NCBI GenBank assembly: GCA_036496425.1 | Contig: DASXLG010000304.1 | Coordinates: 7,919-71,918 of the forward strand | DNA from: Terriglobia bacterium | GTDB taxonomy: Bacteria > Acidobacteriota > Terriglobia > 20CM-2-55-15 | Direction of reading: 5' to 3' | DNA length: 64,000 bases | Program-made: the position numbers and the translations under genes | Notes under the pieces: model-generated | Database searches by the model: none | What the model saw: only the letters and a program-made list of their open reading frames with translations | What the model was told of the DNA's origin: nothing | Shown: piece by piece, positions 15,182 to 25,737 of the stretch | Numbering within the stretch: the stretch's first letter is position 1 | Layout of the letters: each line of letters starts with the position of its first letter

Positions 15182-17287
15182 CTACTGTTTCTGTTTCTGA
15201 TCCCGCAGTACGGCCTTCCGCGAGAGTTTGATCTTGTTGCCTTCCAACCCGACAACCTTGACCATCACCTGGTCGCCTTCCGACAACACATCCCGCACGT
15301 TCCGGATACGGTTCTCATCGATCTCCGAAATGTGGAGCAGGCCGTCCGTGCCGGGGAAGATCTCGACGAAGGCGCCGAACTCGGCGATCCGCACGACTTT
15401 CCCGCGATACGTTTTGCCGACTTCGGGGGTCGCGGTCAGGTTTGAGATGATCTCGATCGCCTTCTGAGCCGAAGGGCCGTCGGACGATGCAATGTTGACG
15501 CGGCCGTCATCGGAGACGTCGATCTTCACGCCGGTCTGCTCGATGATCGAACGGATCATCTTGCCGCCGGGTCCGATGACGTCTCGAATCTTGTCGGTCG
15601 GAATCTTCATCGAATAGATTCGCGGCGCGTAGGGCGACATCTGCTCGCTGACCACCGGAATCGCTTCCATCATTTTGTCGAGAATGAACAGCCGGCCTGT
15701 TTTCGCCTGGGCGAGCGCTTCCGACATGATCGCCGACGTCACGCCGGCAATCTTGATGTCCATCTGCAGGGCCGTGATGCCGTCCTTCGTTCCGGCAACT
15801 TTGAAATCCATATCGCCGTAGTGATCTTCGGCGCCCGCAATGTCCGTCAGGACGGCGTAGTTGTCGCCTTCTTTGACGAGGCCCATCGCCACACCGGCCA
15901 CCGGCGCTTTGATCGGAACGCCGGCGTCCATCAGGGCGAGCGTTCCGCCGCAGACAGTAGCCATCGATGACGATCCGTTCGATTCGAGGATGTCCGACAC
16001 GACGCGAATCGTGTACGGGAAATCGTTCTCGTCCGGCATTACCGGGACGAGCGCGCGTTCCGCCAGCGCGCCGTGGCCGATTTCACGGCGTCCGGGGCCG
16101 CGGAGCGGCGAAACTTCGCCGACCGAGAACGGCGGGAAGTTGTAATGCATCATGAAGCTTTTGGTGGATTCGCCCTCGAGCCAGTCGAGGCGCTGCACGT
16201 CCTCGGAGGTTCCGAGCGTGGCCGTGACCAGTGCCTGGGTTTCACCGCGAGTGAAGACGGCGGACCCGTGCGTGCGGGGCAGAACGCGGGTTTCGATCCA
16301 GATTGGACGGATCGTGTCGAACTTGCGGCGGTCGGGCCGTTCGCGCTTGCCGAGGATGTCGTCACGGAAGATTTTTTCTTTCAGGGTACTGAAGATATTT
16401 TTGATCATCTTCAACTTGTCGGCGTCTTCCTCGGCTTCGGGGAAGAGCGCGACGGCCTTTTTCTTCGCGGCGTCGACGAGCTCGTAGCTTTCCAGCTTCT
16501 CGTGCTTATGCGTGTTCAAGGCGTCTTCGAGATCGGCGCGGACGGCGCCTTCGATCTTTTTCGCCATGGCTTCGTCGACGGCCGGTGGAACGACCACCAA
16601 CTTCTTCGGCTGGATCTTCGCCCGCAGTTCCTTTTGTAGCGCGATGATCTGCTTGATGGCCTGGTGGCCGAAGTTGAGCGCTTCGACCATGACTTCTTCG
16701 GAAACCTCGTGCGCACCCGCCTCCACCATGCAGATGCCGTCTTCCATCCCGGCGACAGCCAGGTTCAGCCGGCTGTTTTTGAGTTCGCTGTAAGTGGGGT
16801 TGAGGTAGTAGCGGCCGTCGATCAATCCGACGCGGACTGCCGCGACAGGGTGCTCGAAAGGAATCGCCGAGGTGTATAGCGCGGTGGACGCTCCGACGAT
16901 CGCGTGCATCGACGGATCGATGTCCGTGTCGGCCGAGAGGACCAGCGCGATGACCTGCGTTTCGTTCTTATAACCTTCGGGAAACAACGGCCGGATCGGA
17001 CGGTCGATCATTCTGCTGTTCAAAACTTCGCGTTCGGAAGGCTTGCCTTCGCGTTTGAAGAATCCGCCGGGAATCTTGCCGGCGGCGTAAAAATTTTCAC
17101 GGTAATCGACCGTGAGGGGGAAGAAATCGAGCCCTTCCCGCGGTTCTTTGGCGGCACATGCCGTCACCAGCACTACGGTTTCTCCGTACTTGACGACTGC
17201 GGCGCCATGCGCTTGTTTGGCCAGCTTTCCGATTTCTATCGAGAGCTCCCGCTCTCCGATCATCGTGCTGACTTTGTGGACATTCAT
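15182..17287 (-). CDS. pnp: Polyribonucleotide nucleotidyltransferase (PNPase)
   Basis: 701 aa; two RNase PH-like domains, KH and S1 (GKVVRIAEFGAFVEI) regions; RBS AGGAGA. Confidence 0.95.
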   Translation of the reverse strand: MNVHKVSTMIGERELSIEIGKLAKQAHGAAVVKYGETVVLVTACAAKEPREGLDFFPLTVDYRENFYAAGKIPGGFFKREGKPSEREVLNSRMIDRPIRPLFPEGYKNETQVIALVLSADTDIDPSMHAIVGASTALYTSAIPFEHPVAAVRVGLIDGRYYLNPTYSELKNSRLNLAVAGMEDGICMVEAGAHEVSEEVMVEALNFGHQAIKQIIALQKELRAKIQPKKLVVVPPAVDEAMAKKIEGAVRADLEDALNTHKHEKLESYELVDAAKKKAVALFPEAEEDADKLKMIKNIFSTLKEKIFRDDILGKRERPDRRKFDTIRPIWIETRVLPRTHGSAVFTRGETQALVTATLGTSEDVQRLDWLEGESTKSFMMHYNFPPFSVGEVSPLRGPGRREIGHGALAERALVPVMPDENDFPYTIRVVSDILESNGSSSMATVCGGTLALMDAGVPIKAPVAGVAMGLVKEGDNYAVLTDIAGAEDHYGDMDFKVAGTKDGITALQMDIKIAGVTSAIMSEALAQAKTGRLFILDKMMEAIPVVSEQMSPYAPRIYSMKIPTDKIRDVIGPGGKMIRSIIEQTGVKIDVSDDGRVNIASSDGPSAQKAIEIISNLTATPEVGKTYRGKVVRIAEFGAFVEIFPGTDGLLHISEIDENRIRNVRDVLSEGDQVMVKVVGLEGNKIKLSRKAVLRDQKQKQ

Positions 17288-17298
17288 TATTTGCTATC

Positions 17299-17340
17299 TC
17301 CTAAAACAAAACGGCCCAGAAGCCTTTGCCCCGGGCCGTT
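17299..17340 (-). terminator. rpsO terminator / pnp leader hairpin with a U-tract (attenuator-like)
   Basis: Minus strand: AACGGCCCGGGGCAAAGGCTTCTGGGCCGTT followed by TTTGTTTTAGGAGATAGCAAATAATG. Confidence 0.55.
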
Positions 17341-17367
17341 CTTCATTTTTTGGGCGGCAAAGTGCCG

Positions 17368-17637
17368 CTATTTTCGGATTCCAAGCTTGGAAATCACTTC
17401 GCGATACCGGTCGACATTGTATGTTCTTAAATAGTCGAGCAGCCGGCGGCGCTTGCCTACAATCTTCAGCAACCCGCGCCGTGACCCGTGATCCTTTTTA
17501 TGCGTCTTGAAATGCTCCGTCAGGTACGTGATGCGCTCACTGAGAAGCGCGATTTGAACTTCCGGGGAACCCGTATCTGATGTGTGGATTCGGTAGTTAT
17601 CGATGATGCTTCCCTTGTTTTCCTTTGTAAGACTCAT
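17368..17637 (-). CDS. rpsO: 30S ribosomal protein S15
   Basis: 89 aa, strong S15 similarity ([35 protein letters not shown]). Confidence 0.95.
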   Translation of the reverse strand: MSLTKENKGSIIDNYRIHTSDTGSPEVQIALLSERITYLTEHFKTHKKDHGSRRGLLKIVGKRRRLLDYLRTYNVDRYREVISKLGIRK

Positions 17638-17700
17638 TGTCTACGATTCAATCTCTTTCTCTAAGATACAGCCTGGCATATCGCTCTAACTCGAAGTAAT

Positions 17701-18564
17701 TCAGGTTAGCACAAGTTTAGGACGCACCCAACCGTTTTCTACGCTGGCGACGGCCAGAAACTCGCCTTTTTTGTTGAAGATGCGGGTGAGTGGGGTATTC
17801 CCGTCACCCGGGATCTGATTGCCGTGGAGGACCTTCGTTTCGTCCGGGCCGCAGACTTCGATCCGCGGCAGCGAAACCAGAAGCGCTTCGAGCGGAAGTA
17901 GATTCGCGGCGGAACAGGCGTCCGGGCTGACGGCGTCTGCGATGGTGAAGTCGCCGGATCGCATCCGGCGGAGCCTGGTCAGATGCGCGCCGCAGCCCAG
18001 CTGCCGGCCGAGGTCGTGCGCCAGACTGCGGATGTACGTCCCGGGAGAGCAGACGATGCGGAAGGACAGGTACGGAAGGTTGAGCGAGACGATCTCGAAG
18101 GATTCGATGTGGACCGTCGCGGCCGGAAGGTCCACGGGCCGGTTCTTCCGGGCGAACTTGTAGGAAGGGACGCTGCCGATCTTCTTGGCGGAAAAGGAAG
18201 GAGGCGTCTGGTCGATACTGCCGGTGAAGGTCTGGACGGCGCCGCGAATATCGCCTTCGCTGTACTGGACGGTCTTTTCCTCGCTGGTCGGCGATCCCGT
18301 GCGATCGTAGGTGTTGGTCGAGAAGCCGAAGCGCAGCTCGCCCTCATAGATCTTCGGTGAACTGGAAATGAATTGAGCCAGCCGGGTTGCCTTGCCGATC
18401 GCGATGGGGAGAACGCCGGTGGCCATCGGATCGAGCGTGCCGAGGTGACCGACCTTGGCAGTGTTGAATTTCTTCCGGATCGCATTCACGATGTCATGCG
18501 AAGTCCCGCCCTCCGGCTTGTCGATGATGAGGATTCCGTGCATTTCTAGCTTTGGACTCGACAT
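17701..18564 (-). CDS. truB: tRNA pseudouridine(55) synthase
   Basis: MHGILIIDKPEGGTSHDIVNAIRK...GHLGTLDPMATGVL motifs. Start trimmed to MSSPKLE because the track N-extension runs through a structured palindrome. Confidence 0.9.
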   Translation of the reverse strand: MSSPKLEMHGILIIDKPEGGTSHDIVNAIRKKFNTAKVGHLGTLDPMATGVLPIAIGKATRLAQFISSSPKIYEGELRFGFSTNTYDRTGSPTSEEKTVQYSEGDIRGAVQTFTGSIDQTPPSFSAKKIGSVPSYKFARKNRPVDLPAATVHIESFEIVSLNLPYLSFRIVCSPGTYIRSLAHDLGRQLGCGAHLTRLRRMRSGDFTIADAVSPDACSAANLLPLEALLVSLPRIEVCGPDETKVLHGNQIPGDGNTPLTRIFNKKGEFLAVASVENGWVRPKLVLT

Positions 18565-18574
18565 TGCGTGTGAG

Positions 18575-18656
18575 CGACCCCCTGCCCTGCCTTCGGCACG
18601 GCTGTCCCCCTGTATCAGGGGGACAGCTGGCCGCGAAGCGGCCGGCAGGGGGTCGT
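18575..18656. other. Nested GC-rich palindromes in the rbfA-truB spacer: a 12-bp perfect stem hairpin inside an outer 12-bp inverted repeat, plus a GGCCGC-GAA-GCGGCC hairpin
   Basis: CGACCCCCTGCC ... GCTGTCCCCCTG-TAT-CAGGGGGACAGC ... GGCAGGGGGTCG. Confidence 0.4.
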
Positions 18657-18671
18657 TCACGAGAACTCTTC

Positions 18672-19025
18672 CTACTCCGGCTCGTGCTTGATTTGATCCA
18701 GCAGTTGCTCGATCCGCATGCCCTTCTCAACCAACTCGTCGTAGTCAAAGGAGAGTTCGGGAATGCGTCTCATGTGGTGCAGGCGCTTGCTGAGGGAGCG
18801 GCGGACGAAGCTGGTGGCCGATCGTAAGCCTTCCAGCGCCTTTTTCCGCTGTGTTTCATCGCCGAGAACCGTGACGAAGACATGACAATGCCGCAGGTCT
18901 GGTGAGACTTTGACGGCGGTCACCGTCGTGAGGCCGACCCGCGGATCCTGAATCTCGCGCTCGATGATCTCGCTGAGCTCGATCCGGAATTGTTCTTCAA
19001 TGCGATCGATTCGTCTTCCCTGCAT
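18672..19025 (-). CDS. rbfA: Ribosome-binding factor A
   Basis: 117 aa, RbfA similarity (RIELSEIIEREIQDPRVGLTTVTAVKVSPDLRHCHVFV). Confidence 0.9.
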   Translation of the reverse strand: MQGRRIDRIEEQFRIELSEIIEREIQDPRVGLTTVTAVKVSPDLRHCHVFVTVLGDETQRKKALEGLRSATSFVRRSLSKRLHHMRRIPELSFDYDELVEKGMRIEQLLDQIKHEPE

Positions 19026-19031
19026 GGGGCT

Positions 19032-19316
19032 TCACACAATCTCGATATTGCTCTGTATCTGGCATTCCGGCGCAATTCGCTCCGCTTCTTCGGACGCTTC
19101 CTCGAGGACTTTCTTCAGAAACTGCTCGTCGGACCCCACCGTCACCACGCTGACCTGCGACCGCTGCCAGAGGTCCTGATGGTCGACCTCCGAAACGGAG
19201 ACGTTGAACTTCGTCCGCAGCCGGTCTTTCAAACTGCGGACCACCATTCGCTTGTCCTTTAGAGATTGAGCGTGCGGAATGTGGATATCCAGAGTAAGTA
19301 GTGCAATTACTACCAT
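19032..19316 (-). CDS. DUF503-family protein (YlxP-like), conserved between infB and rbfA
   Basis: 94 aa; conserved position in the nusA-infB operon; HIPHAQSLKDKR motif. Confidence 0.75.
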   Translation of the reverse strand: MVVIALLTLDIHIPHAQSLKDKRMVVRSLKDRLRTKFNVSVSEVDHQDLWQRSQVSVVTVGSDEQFLKKVLEEASEEAERIAPECQIQSNIEIV

Positions 19317-19337
19317 GAAAATGAGACAGGCGCTTTC

Positions 19338-22064
19338 TTATACCCCGACGTCCGCCATCACTTTCTCTGTGACGAAGGCTTCGATCTGGTCGCCGTTCTT
19401 GACGTCGTTGTAGTTCTGGATACCGATGCCGCACTCGTAACCCCGGGCGACTTCGGAGGCGTCGTCTTTGAAGCGCTTGAGCGATGCAATCTTGCCTTCG
19501 AAGATGACGACGTTGTCGCGCAGCAGGCGGATCTCGGCGTTTCGCGCGATCTTGCCGTCGGTGACGTAACTGCCGGCGATGACGCCGACCTTCGGAATGC
19601 GGAACGTGTTCCGGACTTCCGCCGTGCCGAGATAGGTTTCCTTGAACACCGGTTCGAGCACACCCTGCATTGCGCGTTTGATTTCGTCGACGACGTTGTA
19701 AATGATCGTGTGCAGGCGGATATCGACCTTCTCGCGATTCGCGAGTTCCGCGGCCTTGCGCTCGGGCCGGACATTGAACCCGATGATGATGGCGTTCGAT
19801 GCGGCGGCCAGCAGGACGTCGGTTTCCGTAATGGCACCGACGCTCGAGTGGAGAACACGGACTTTGACTTTATCGGTGCTGAGCTTGTTCAGCATTTCGG
19901 TCAGGGCTTCCTGCGATCCCTGCACATCGCACTTGAGGATCAGAGGCACTTCCTTGATTTCGCCCTCGGTCAACTGTTTGTGGAGTTGGTCCAGTGTGAG
20001 CCGCGAGGTCTTCGCCAGGGCGATGTCGCGCAGTTTTTCCTGCCGGGTGGCGACGATCTGACGGGCCTTCTTTTCGTCGGCGACGCAGAGGAACTGGTCG
20101 CCGGCGAGCGGCAAGCCTTCCAGTCCGAGAACTTCCACGGGGCTGGATGGGCCGGCTTCTTCGACCTTCTGGCCGTGTTCGTCGTACATCGCGCGGACTT
20201 TGCCGTATACGGCGCCGGCGATGAAATTGTCGCGCTCTTTGAGCGTTCCGTTCTGGACGAGCACCGTCGCCACGTTGCCGCGGCCGCGGTCGATTTTCGC
20301 TTCGAGAACGGCGCCCATCGCGGCGAGGGTGGGGTCGGCCTTGAGGTTCTGCAGGTCCGCGACGAGCAGGATCAATTCGAGCAACAGTTCGATATTTTTG
20401 CCGGTTTTTGCGGAAACCTCGACCATCGGCGTGTCGCCACCCCAGTCTTCGGCCTGCAGTCCGCGCTCCGCGAGTTCGCGCTTCACGCGCTCCGGATTGA
20501 CTCCCGGCTTATCGATCTTGTTGATGGCGACGACGATCGGAACTTTTGCGGCTCGCGTGTGCGAGATCGACTCTTCCGTCTGAGGCATGACGCCATCATC
20601 TGCCGCGACGACCAAAACGACGATGTCCGTCACCTTCGCGCCGCGCGCCCGCATCAACGTGAATGCTTCGTGGCCCGGCGTGTCGAGGAAGGTGATCTTA
20701 CGGTTTTGCGCCGTTACCTGGTAAGCGCCGATGTGCTGCGTGATGCCGCCCGCTTCCTGCTCGGTAACCCGGGTCTTGCGGATCGCATCGAGCAAGGATG
20801 TTTTTCCGTGATCGACGTGACCCATGATCGTTACGACTGGGGCGCGAGGCGCAGAATTTTCCGAGACGCTGACTTCGACGGCGTCCAGCATGACTTTTTC
20901 CTCGAAAGTGACGAATTCCGCCTCGGCATTGAATTCCTTCGCAATGGATTTCGCCATTTCCTTGTCGAGCGTCTGATTGATACTGGCGAAGACGCCCAGA
21001 TCCATCAGTTTCCTCTGCACCTCTTTGGCGAGAACCCCGAGTTTTTCGGCGAGATCCTTCACCGTCAGACCTTCGGTCAACATCACCTTGCGATGTTCGC
21101 GGACCGGTTCGGGTTTGGGCTGCGGCCGCACAAAGGGGCCGTCGAGCTTCTTTTCCGCCTGCCGTTCATAGCGCTGCGAACGGTCCGGCCGCTGCTGCGG
21201 CAGTGGACGCCGCTGGTCGAGGGGTTGCGGCGGTGGCGGCGCTCCGCCGGGACGCACCCAGGGGCGTTGGCCTGCGGGTGGTGCGGGAGTCGCGCCACGA
21301 TTCTGGAATCCTGGACCGGAAGGATGCCGTTGCTGGCCGGGGCCTCCGGGGCTCATCGGCCGCTGGCCCGGTCTGTCGTAAGGCCTGCCGGGCTGGCCGG
21401 CGGGAGCCGGAGGCGGAAGACGGTGATCGCGCCGCGCCTTGTCGAGCGCAATCTGCTGCATCGTTTTCCGTTGCTCATGCGGCGGCTCGACTTTCGGCGT
21501 CGGAAGAATCGGAGGTACCGCCGGGCCGATGCGAACCGGAGGCGGAATAATCCGCCCGCCGGAGGGTGTTGTGAGCGGCCGGGGCGGCTGTACGGGCGGC
21601 GCCGGTTGCACCGGCTGCGCAGCTATAGGCTGTTCCACTTTCGGAGGAGCCGGAGGCGGCGCTTGCGGTACAGGCGGCGCCGGTTGCGGTGGCACCGGTG
21701 CAGGCGCTGCAATCTTCGGCTCGGGTGCTTTTTCTTCGACTTTCGGCTCGGGTCTGGGTTCGGCTTTCGCTTCGACGTGAGGCGGTTCCGCTTCAACGGC
21801 GGCAGGCGCTGCAAGCTCGGCATGCGCTGCAACCTCCTCCTCCGGCTCGTCGACGGCAATGATGTCGTCGAAGTCCGCGGACGCCCTCTTTTCACCGGCC
21901 GCGCCAAACACACCGAGCTCGCGGCGGAGCCTGTCCGCAAGACGATCCTCAACCGTATTCGAATGCGACGTCACCGGCACGCCCATATGCTGCAATTCGC
22001 GAATGATCTCAGCGTTGTCGCGATTCAGCTCGCGGGCCAGCTGGTAAACTCGAAGCTTTGCCAT
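19338..22064 (-). CDS. infB: Translation initiation factor IF-2
   Basis: 908 aa; Pro/Ala-rich N-terminal region; GTP-binding motifs [17 protein letters not shown]. Confidence 0.95.
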   Translation of the reverse strand: MAKLRVYQLARELNRDNAEIIRELQHMGVPVTSHSNTVEDRLADRLRRELGVFGAAGEKRASADFDDIIAVDEPEEEVAAHAELAAPAAVEAEPPHVEAKAEPRPEPKVEEKAPEPKIAAPAPVPPQPAPPVPQAPPPAPPKVEQPIAAQPVQPAPPVQPPRPLTTPSGGRIIPPPVRIGPAVPPILPTPKVEPPHEQRKTMQQIALDKARRDHRLPPPAPAGQPGRPYDRPGQRPMSPGGPGQQRHPSGPGFQNRGATPAPPAGQRPWVRPGGAPPPPQPLDQRRPLPQQRPDRSQRYERQAEKKLDGPFVRPQPKPEPVREHRKVMLTEGLTVKDLAEKLGVLAKEVQRKLMDLGVFASINQTLDKEMAKSIAKEFNAEAEFVTFEEKVMLDAVEVSVSENSAPRAPVVTIMGHVDHGKTSLLDAIRKTRVTEQEAGGITQHIGAYQVTAQNRKITFLDTPGHEAFTLMRARGAKVTDIVVLVVAADDGVMPQTEESISHTRAAKVPIVVAINKIDKPGVNPERVKRELAERGLQAEDWGGDTPMVEVSAKTGKNIELLLELILLVADLQNLKADPTLAAMGAVLEAKIDRGRGNVATVLVQNGTLKERDNFIAGAVYGKVRAMYDEHGQKVEEAGPSSPVEVLGLEGLPLAGDQFLCVADEKKARQIVATRQEKLRDIALAKTSRLTLDQLHKQLTEGEIKEVPLILKCDVQGSQEALTEMLNKLSTDKVKVRVLHSSVGAITETDVLLAAASNAIIIGFNVRPERKAAELANREKVDIRLHTIIYNVVDEIKRAMQGVLEPVFKETYLGTAEVRNTFRIPKVGVIAGSYVTDGKIARNAEIRLLRDNVVIFEGKIASLKRFKDDASEVARGYECGIGIQNYNDVKNGDQIEAFVTEKVMADVGV

Positions 22065-22119
22065 TCCCTGTTTATGTCCTCTAAAGCGATCCCGAAACCG
22101 CGGAACAGTATCATCTATT

Positions 22120-23505
22120 TTACTCTTCCGGGGCGCTCTGATCGCTGGTTTCTTTATTCTCTGCCACCGGTTCAGGCGCCGGTTCGTCTTTGCTGAACAG
22201 TGCCTGATGCGCCAGGCGTTCCATATGATCCTGATAGGCAGGCGACTGCGTGTAATATTCCGACATCGCGTCGCTGATTTTCTCGATCGTCTTTTCTCCG
22301 ATGCCCGGGACGTTCTGCAGGTCTTCGGGGGACAGATTCGCGAGTTCTTCGACAGTTGAGATGCCAGCCGTATTCAGCTTCTGGATCAGGCTCGCAGTCA
22401 GCCCGGGAATCGTGTCCAGAGGCGTCGGAATCTGCTCCTGAAGCATTGCCATCTGGCTTTCGACTTCGGCGCGCTTCTCCTCTTCGCTCTTGATATCGAT
22501 GCGCCAGCCGATCAGCTTCGATGCCAGCCGCACGTTCTGGCCTTTCTTGCCGATGGCGAGCGAGAGCTGGCTGTCTTCGACGACCATTTCCATGATCTTG
22601 TCCGAACTGTCCACGATCGAGACCCGGCTGATTTTCGCGGGACTGATCGCATTCGTCGCGAAAGTGACGGTGTCATCGTTCCACTGGATGATGTCGATCT
22701 TCTCGCCCCGCAATTCCCGGATGATCGACTGGACGCGAGTACCCTTCATTCCGACGCATGCGCCGACCGGATCGACGTCCTTCTCGCGCGATGTGACGGC
22801 GATCTTCGTCCGTTCGCCGGCCTCGCGCGCAGTGCTCTTGATTTGCACCGTGCCGTCGTAGATTTCGGGGACTTCGGTCTGGAACAGGTGCTGAACCAGT
22901 TCGGGCACCGTGCGGGAAACGATGACCTGCGGTCCTTTCGCGGTTTTCTCGACTTTCGTGATGATCACCCGGATGCGGTCGCCGACCGAGAAGTTCTCGA
23001 GGCGGGACTGATCGCGCCTTCCGAGTTTCGCTTCGGTCTTGCCGAGTTCGACGATGATATCGCCGTTCTCGAACCGCTTCACGACGCAGTTCACAACCTC
23101 GCCGACATGCTTGTGGTATTCGGAGTAAACGCTTTCACGCTCGGCTTCGCGGACTTTCTGAAAGATGACCTGCTTGGCCATCTGCGCGGAAATGCGGCCG
23201 AGACCGACCGTGGGTTTCTTGAATTCGAGTTCTTCTTCGAGCTGAGCGTCAGGCTTGATCTCGCGAGCTTCGTCCAGCGTGATTTCCTTGCCGGGATTGG
23301 CAATCGTGTCCACTACTTTCTTTATGGCATAGACATCGATTTCGCCGGTCTCCGGGTTGATCCGGCCCCGCAATTCTTCGTTCGATTTGAAGTATTTGCG
23401 TGAAGCTACAACGATCGCATCCTCGATCGCATGGACCACGATTTGCGGATCGATCCCTTTTTCACGGCTGATCTGATCGATCGTTTGAAAAAGCACGTTC
23501 GACAT
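22120..23505 (-). CDS. nusA: Transcription termination/antitermination factor NusA
   Basis: 461 aa with S1, KH and C-terminal HhH regions. Confidence 0.95.
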   Translation of the reverse strand: MSNVLFQTIDQISREKGIDPQIVVHAIEDAIVVASRKYFKSNEELRGRINPETGEIDVYAIKKVVDTIANPGKEITLDEAREIKPDAQLEEELEFKKPTVGLGRISAQMAKQVIFQKVREAERESVYSEYHKHVGEVVNCVVKRFENGDIIVELGKTEAKLGRRDQSRLENFSVGDRIRVIITKVEKTAKGPQVIVSRTVPELVQHLFQTEVPEIYDGTVQIKSTAREAGERTKIAVTSREKDVDPVGACVGMKGTRVQSIIRELRGEKIDIIQWNDDTVTFATNAISPAKISRVSIVDSSDKIMEMVVEDSQLSLAIGKKGQNVRLASKLIGWRIDIKSEEEKRAEVESQMAMLQEQIPTPLDTIPGLTASLIQKLNTAGISTVEELANLSPEDLQNVPGIGEKTIEKISDAMSEYYTQSPAYQDHMERLAHQALFSKDEPAPEPVAENKETSDQSAPEE

Positions 23506-23519
23506 CAGTTTTTACTCCC

Positions 23520-24011
23520 TTACGCCTCGCTTTTGCGCCGCTCTGCGTCCCAGTCGAATTCCAGTCTCGCTTCTTGAACGACGTCCAACGGGATCTCCAA
23601 CAGATTGCCTTTCGGCAATTCCAACCGGACTTTTCCGTCATGGAGCCCCTGAAGACGTCCACGAAACACCTTTTGTTGATTCAGAGGAATACGGGTCTGG
23701 ATTCTGGCCAATTTTCCATCGAAGCGAGTGTAGTCACTTTCCTTGACCAGTTTCCTGTCCAGACCGGGGGAGGAAACTTCCAACGTGTAAGCGGACGGAA
23801 TCAGATCTTCAACATCAAGTACCGTTCCTACCTGTGCACTGACCAACTCGCAATCGTGGAGGGAAATGCCGTCCGGCTTGTCGATGAAAATCCGCAGGAC
23901 CGCACTCTTGCCGCTGCCCTTTAGTTCCGCATCAACTAACTCATATCCTTGGCTTTGTGCCGTTTCTTCAATGAGCCGCCGTACCTGCTCCCACTCGACT
24001 CCCATGCTCAT
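23520..24011 (-). CDS. rimP: Ribosome maturation factor RimP
   Basis: RimP similarity (AVLRIFIDKPDGISLHDCELVS...LEVSSPGLDR); start trimmed to MSMGVEW. Confidence 0.8.
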   Translation of the reverse strand: MSMGVEWEQVRRLIEETAQSQGYELVDAELKGSGKSAVLRIFIDKPDGISLHDCELVSAQVGTVLDVEDLIPSAYTLEVSSPGLDRKLVKESDYTRFDGKLARIQTRIPLNQQKVFRGRLQGLHDGKVRLELPKGNLLEIPLDVVQEARLEFDWDAERRKSEA

Positions 24012-24022
24012 AACAACAAAAA

Positions 24023-24041
24023 AGTGGGCAAAACGCCCACT
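24023..24041 (-). terminator. Hairpin plus U-tract terminator downstream of the methyltransferase gene, ending 11 nt upstream of the rimP start
   Basis: Minus strand AGTGGGCGTTTTGCCCACT followed by TTTTTTGTTGTT then ATG of rimP. Confidence 0.45.
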
Positions 24042-24138
24042 CAAAAGTTCCTTTTTGAGTATAGGTTTTCGCCCGTAGGTAAATCAATGGGTTAATTGCG
24101 CTATATGATCGGATTGAAATTCAGCAACGAATTCAGCC

Positions 24139-24654
24139 TTAGGAACGAAGTTTCACGACAAGAATGACCAGCGCGGCGGCGAAGCCGAGGGCGGTGTTGT
24201 ATTCGCGGTTTGCGAGGTATTGGGAGAAAGCGAAGGAACGGGGGAAATGAAGGGTGGGCCGGGGGACGAAAACCGGCACGCGCGATTTGTAGAGCTGGAA
24301 CTCTTCAGGAAAAAGGGCCTGCAGATGCGCTTGTTCGCGCGCGATCACCGCTGGGTAAATCGACAGGAACGGCACCAGCAACAGCGCAGCGGCGATCCAG
24401 CTGGCGCTCATGATGGCAAAGCCGCCGGTCAGGCAGGCGCTCCCGAAGTAAAGCGGGTTTCGTGTAAGCGCATAAACGCCGGAAGTCGCAAGGGCTGCAT
24501 CCTTCCTGATGACGCCGGCCGCAAGACCGCGGAAGATCGTCCCCAGTACCGCCAGGGGGAGGCCCATCACGACCGATACCCGGGTCGGCGCGGCCAGATA
24601 CAACACCACAGCCGCGATGACGAATCCGATCGGAACGCGAAGTCTCTGCGCCAT
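24139..24654 (-). CDS. Membrane methyltransferase-family protein (isoprenylcysteine carboxyl / phospholipid methyltransferase-like)
   Basis: Multi-TM; RKDAALATSGVYALTRNPLYFGS resembles the ICMT/PEMT family; start trimmed to MAQRLRV (TAATG overlap with the upstream gene stop). Confidence 0.55.
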   Translation of the reverse strand: MAQRLRVPIGFVIAAVVLYLAAPTRVSVVMGLPLAVLGTIFRGLAAGVIRKDAALATSGVYALTRNPLYFGSACLTGGFAIMSASWIAAALLLVPFLSIYPAVIAREQAHLQALFPEEFQLYKSRVPVFVPRPTLHFPRSFAFSQYLANREYNTALGFAAALVILVVKLRS

Positions 24655-25721
24655 TATTCGGCCGGTTGAAGCGCCGGCGAGCGCTCCGCCAGCATCAGGC
24701 GCTTGCGGCAAGCCTCATAAACCTGATCGACGGTGATGTCCACCATGCAGTGCCAGTGATCGAGAGGGCAGCGATCCCGCTCATAGCACGGCCTGCAGGA
24801 AAGCCGCCGTTCGACGACGATATCCTCGCGCCGGAACGGTCCGTTCCGGTCGCTGCTGGTTGGACCGAAGATCGATACGATCGGGGCGCCCACGGCCGCA
24901 GCGAAGTGCATGGGACCGGTATCTCCTCCGACAAACAGTCTTGCCGGTTCGCAAAGCGCCACGAGTTCCTCGAGCGTGGTCTGCACTTCGCGCACGCCCT
25001 TGCCGGCTGCGCGAATCAGCGTCCTGGCCATTTCTTCTTCGCCGGGTCCCCAGGTGACGACGACCGGGAAACCGTCGGCCATCAAGCGCGCCGCGAGCTC
25101 GCCATATCGCTCCGGATGCCAACACTTGGTCGGCCAGTTGCCGCCCGGGTTGATCACGATGTAGTCCGACAGACCCTCGAGCTTCTTCTCCACCGCAATC
25201 CGGGCAGCGCTGCCGGCCTGTAGCCGGACTTCGGTCTCCCAGACCGGGTCGATGTTCAGTGGTTTCAGCAGTTCCATCTGCTGATCGATGATATGAATGC
25301 GCTTCGGGGTAACGACTTCTGTGTAAAAGAACCGGCTGACCGATTCCTTCAGAAAGTCGCGTTCCCAGCCGATACGGACGGGAGCGCCCGATAGATACGC
25401 GAAGAAAGCGGACTTCAATAAGCCTTGGAAGTCGATCGTACAGTCGTAGCCATCGGTGCTCAGAGCCCACACCAGTTCGGCGATTTCCTTCGCGCTTCCG
25501 ATGCCCGGGCTGTTGCGCCATTGATAGGTATCGATCGGAATGAGGCGCACGTCGAGGCCGCTCAGTTCCACCACGATCTTGTTCTTCTGCTCGATAAGCC
25601 AATCGATTTCGGCTCCTGGGAAGGCCTTGCGCAACTGCGCAACCGAGGGCAGGCAGTGGACAATGTCCCCGAGCGAGCCGAATTTCACGACGAGGAATCG
25701 GCTGGGTTTCGATCTTGTCAT
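24654..25721 (-). CDS. ADP-heptose:LPS heptosyltransferase (GT9 family, heptosyltransferase I-like)
   Basis: FLVVKFGSLGDIVHCLP N-terminus typical of GT9 heptosyltransferases. Start moved to MTRSKP, which has an RBS GAAGGA. Confidence 0.8.
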   Translation of the reverse strand: MTRSKPSRFLVVKFGSLGDIVHCLPSVAQLRKAFPGAEIDWLIEQKNKIVVELSGLDVRLIPIDTYQWRNSPGIGSAKEIAELVWALSTDGYDCTIDFQGLLKSAFFAYLSGAPVRIGWERDFLKESVSRFFYTEVVTPKRIHIIDQQMELLKPLNIDPVWETEVRLQAGSAARIAVEKKLEGLSDYIVINPGGNWPTKCWHPERYGELAARLMADGFPVVVTWGPGEEEMARTLIRAAGKGVREVQTTLEELVALCEPARLFVGGDTGPMHFAAAVGAPIVSIFGPTSSDRNGPFRREDIVVERRLSCRPCYERDRCPLDHWHCMVDITVDQVYEACRKRLMLAERSPALQPAE

Positions 25722-25737
25722 CGGGTCCTTCATTCCG

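Noticed and set aside
17819-18485. Overlapping ORFs on both strands inside truB (114-168 aa)
   Set aside because: Alternative-frame and antisense GC-rich ORFs within a gene that has clear TruB motifs in its own frame. No independent support.
19710-22196. 828-aa plus-strand ORF and other long ORFs antisense to infB
   Set aside because: Entirely antisense to the well-supported infB gene, arginine/glycine-rich GC-frame translation with no domain signatures. The same reasoning applies to 2726..3745(+) antisense to the sigma-54 activator, 6682..7842(-) antisense to the ankyrin gene, 8964..10379(-) antisense to ubiD, 11872..12834(-), 27782..28630(-), 43868..44893(-) and 45416..47320(-) antisense to the TonB receptor, and 61724..62689(+) antisense to argD.
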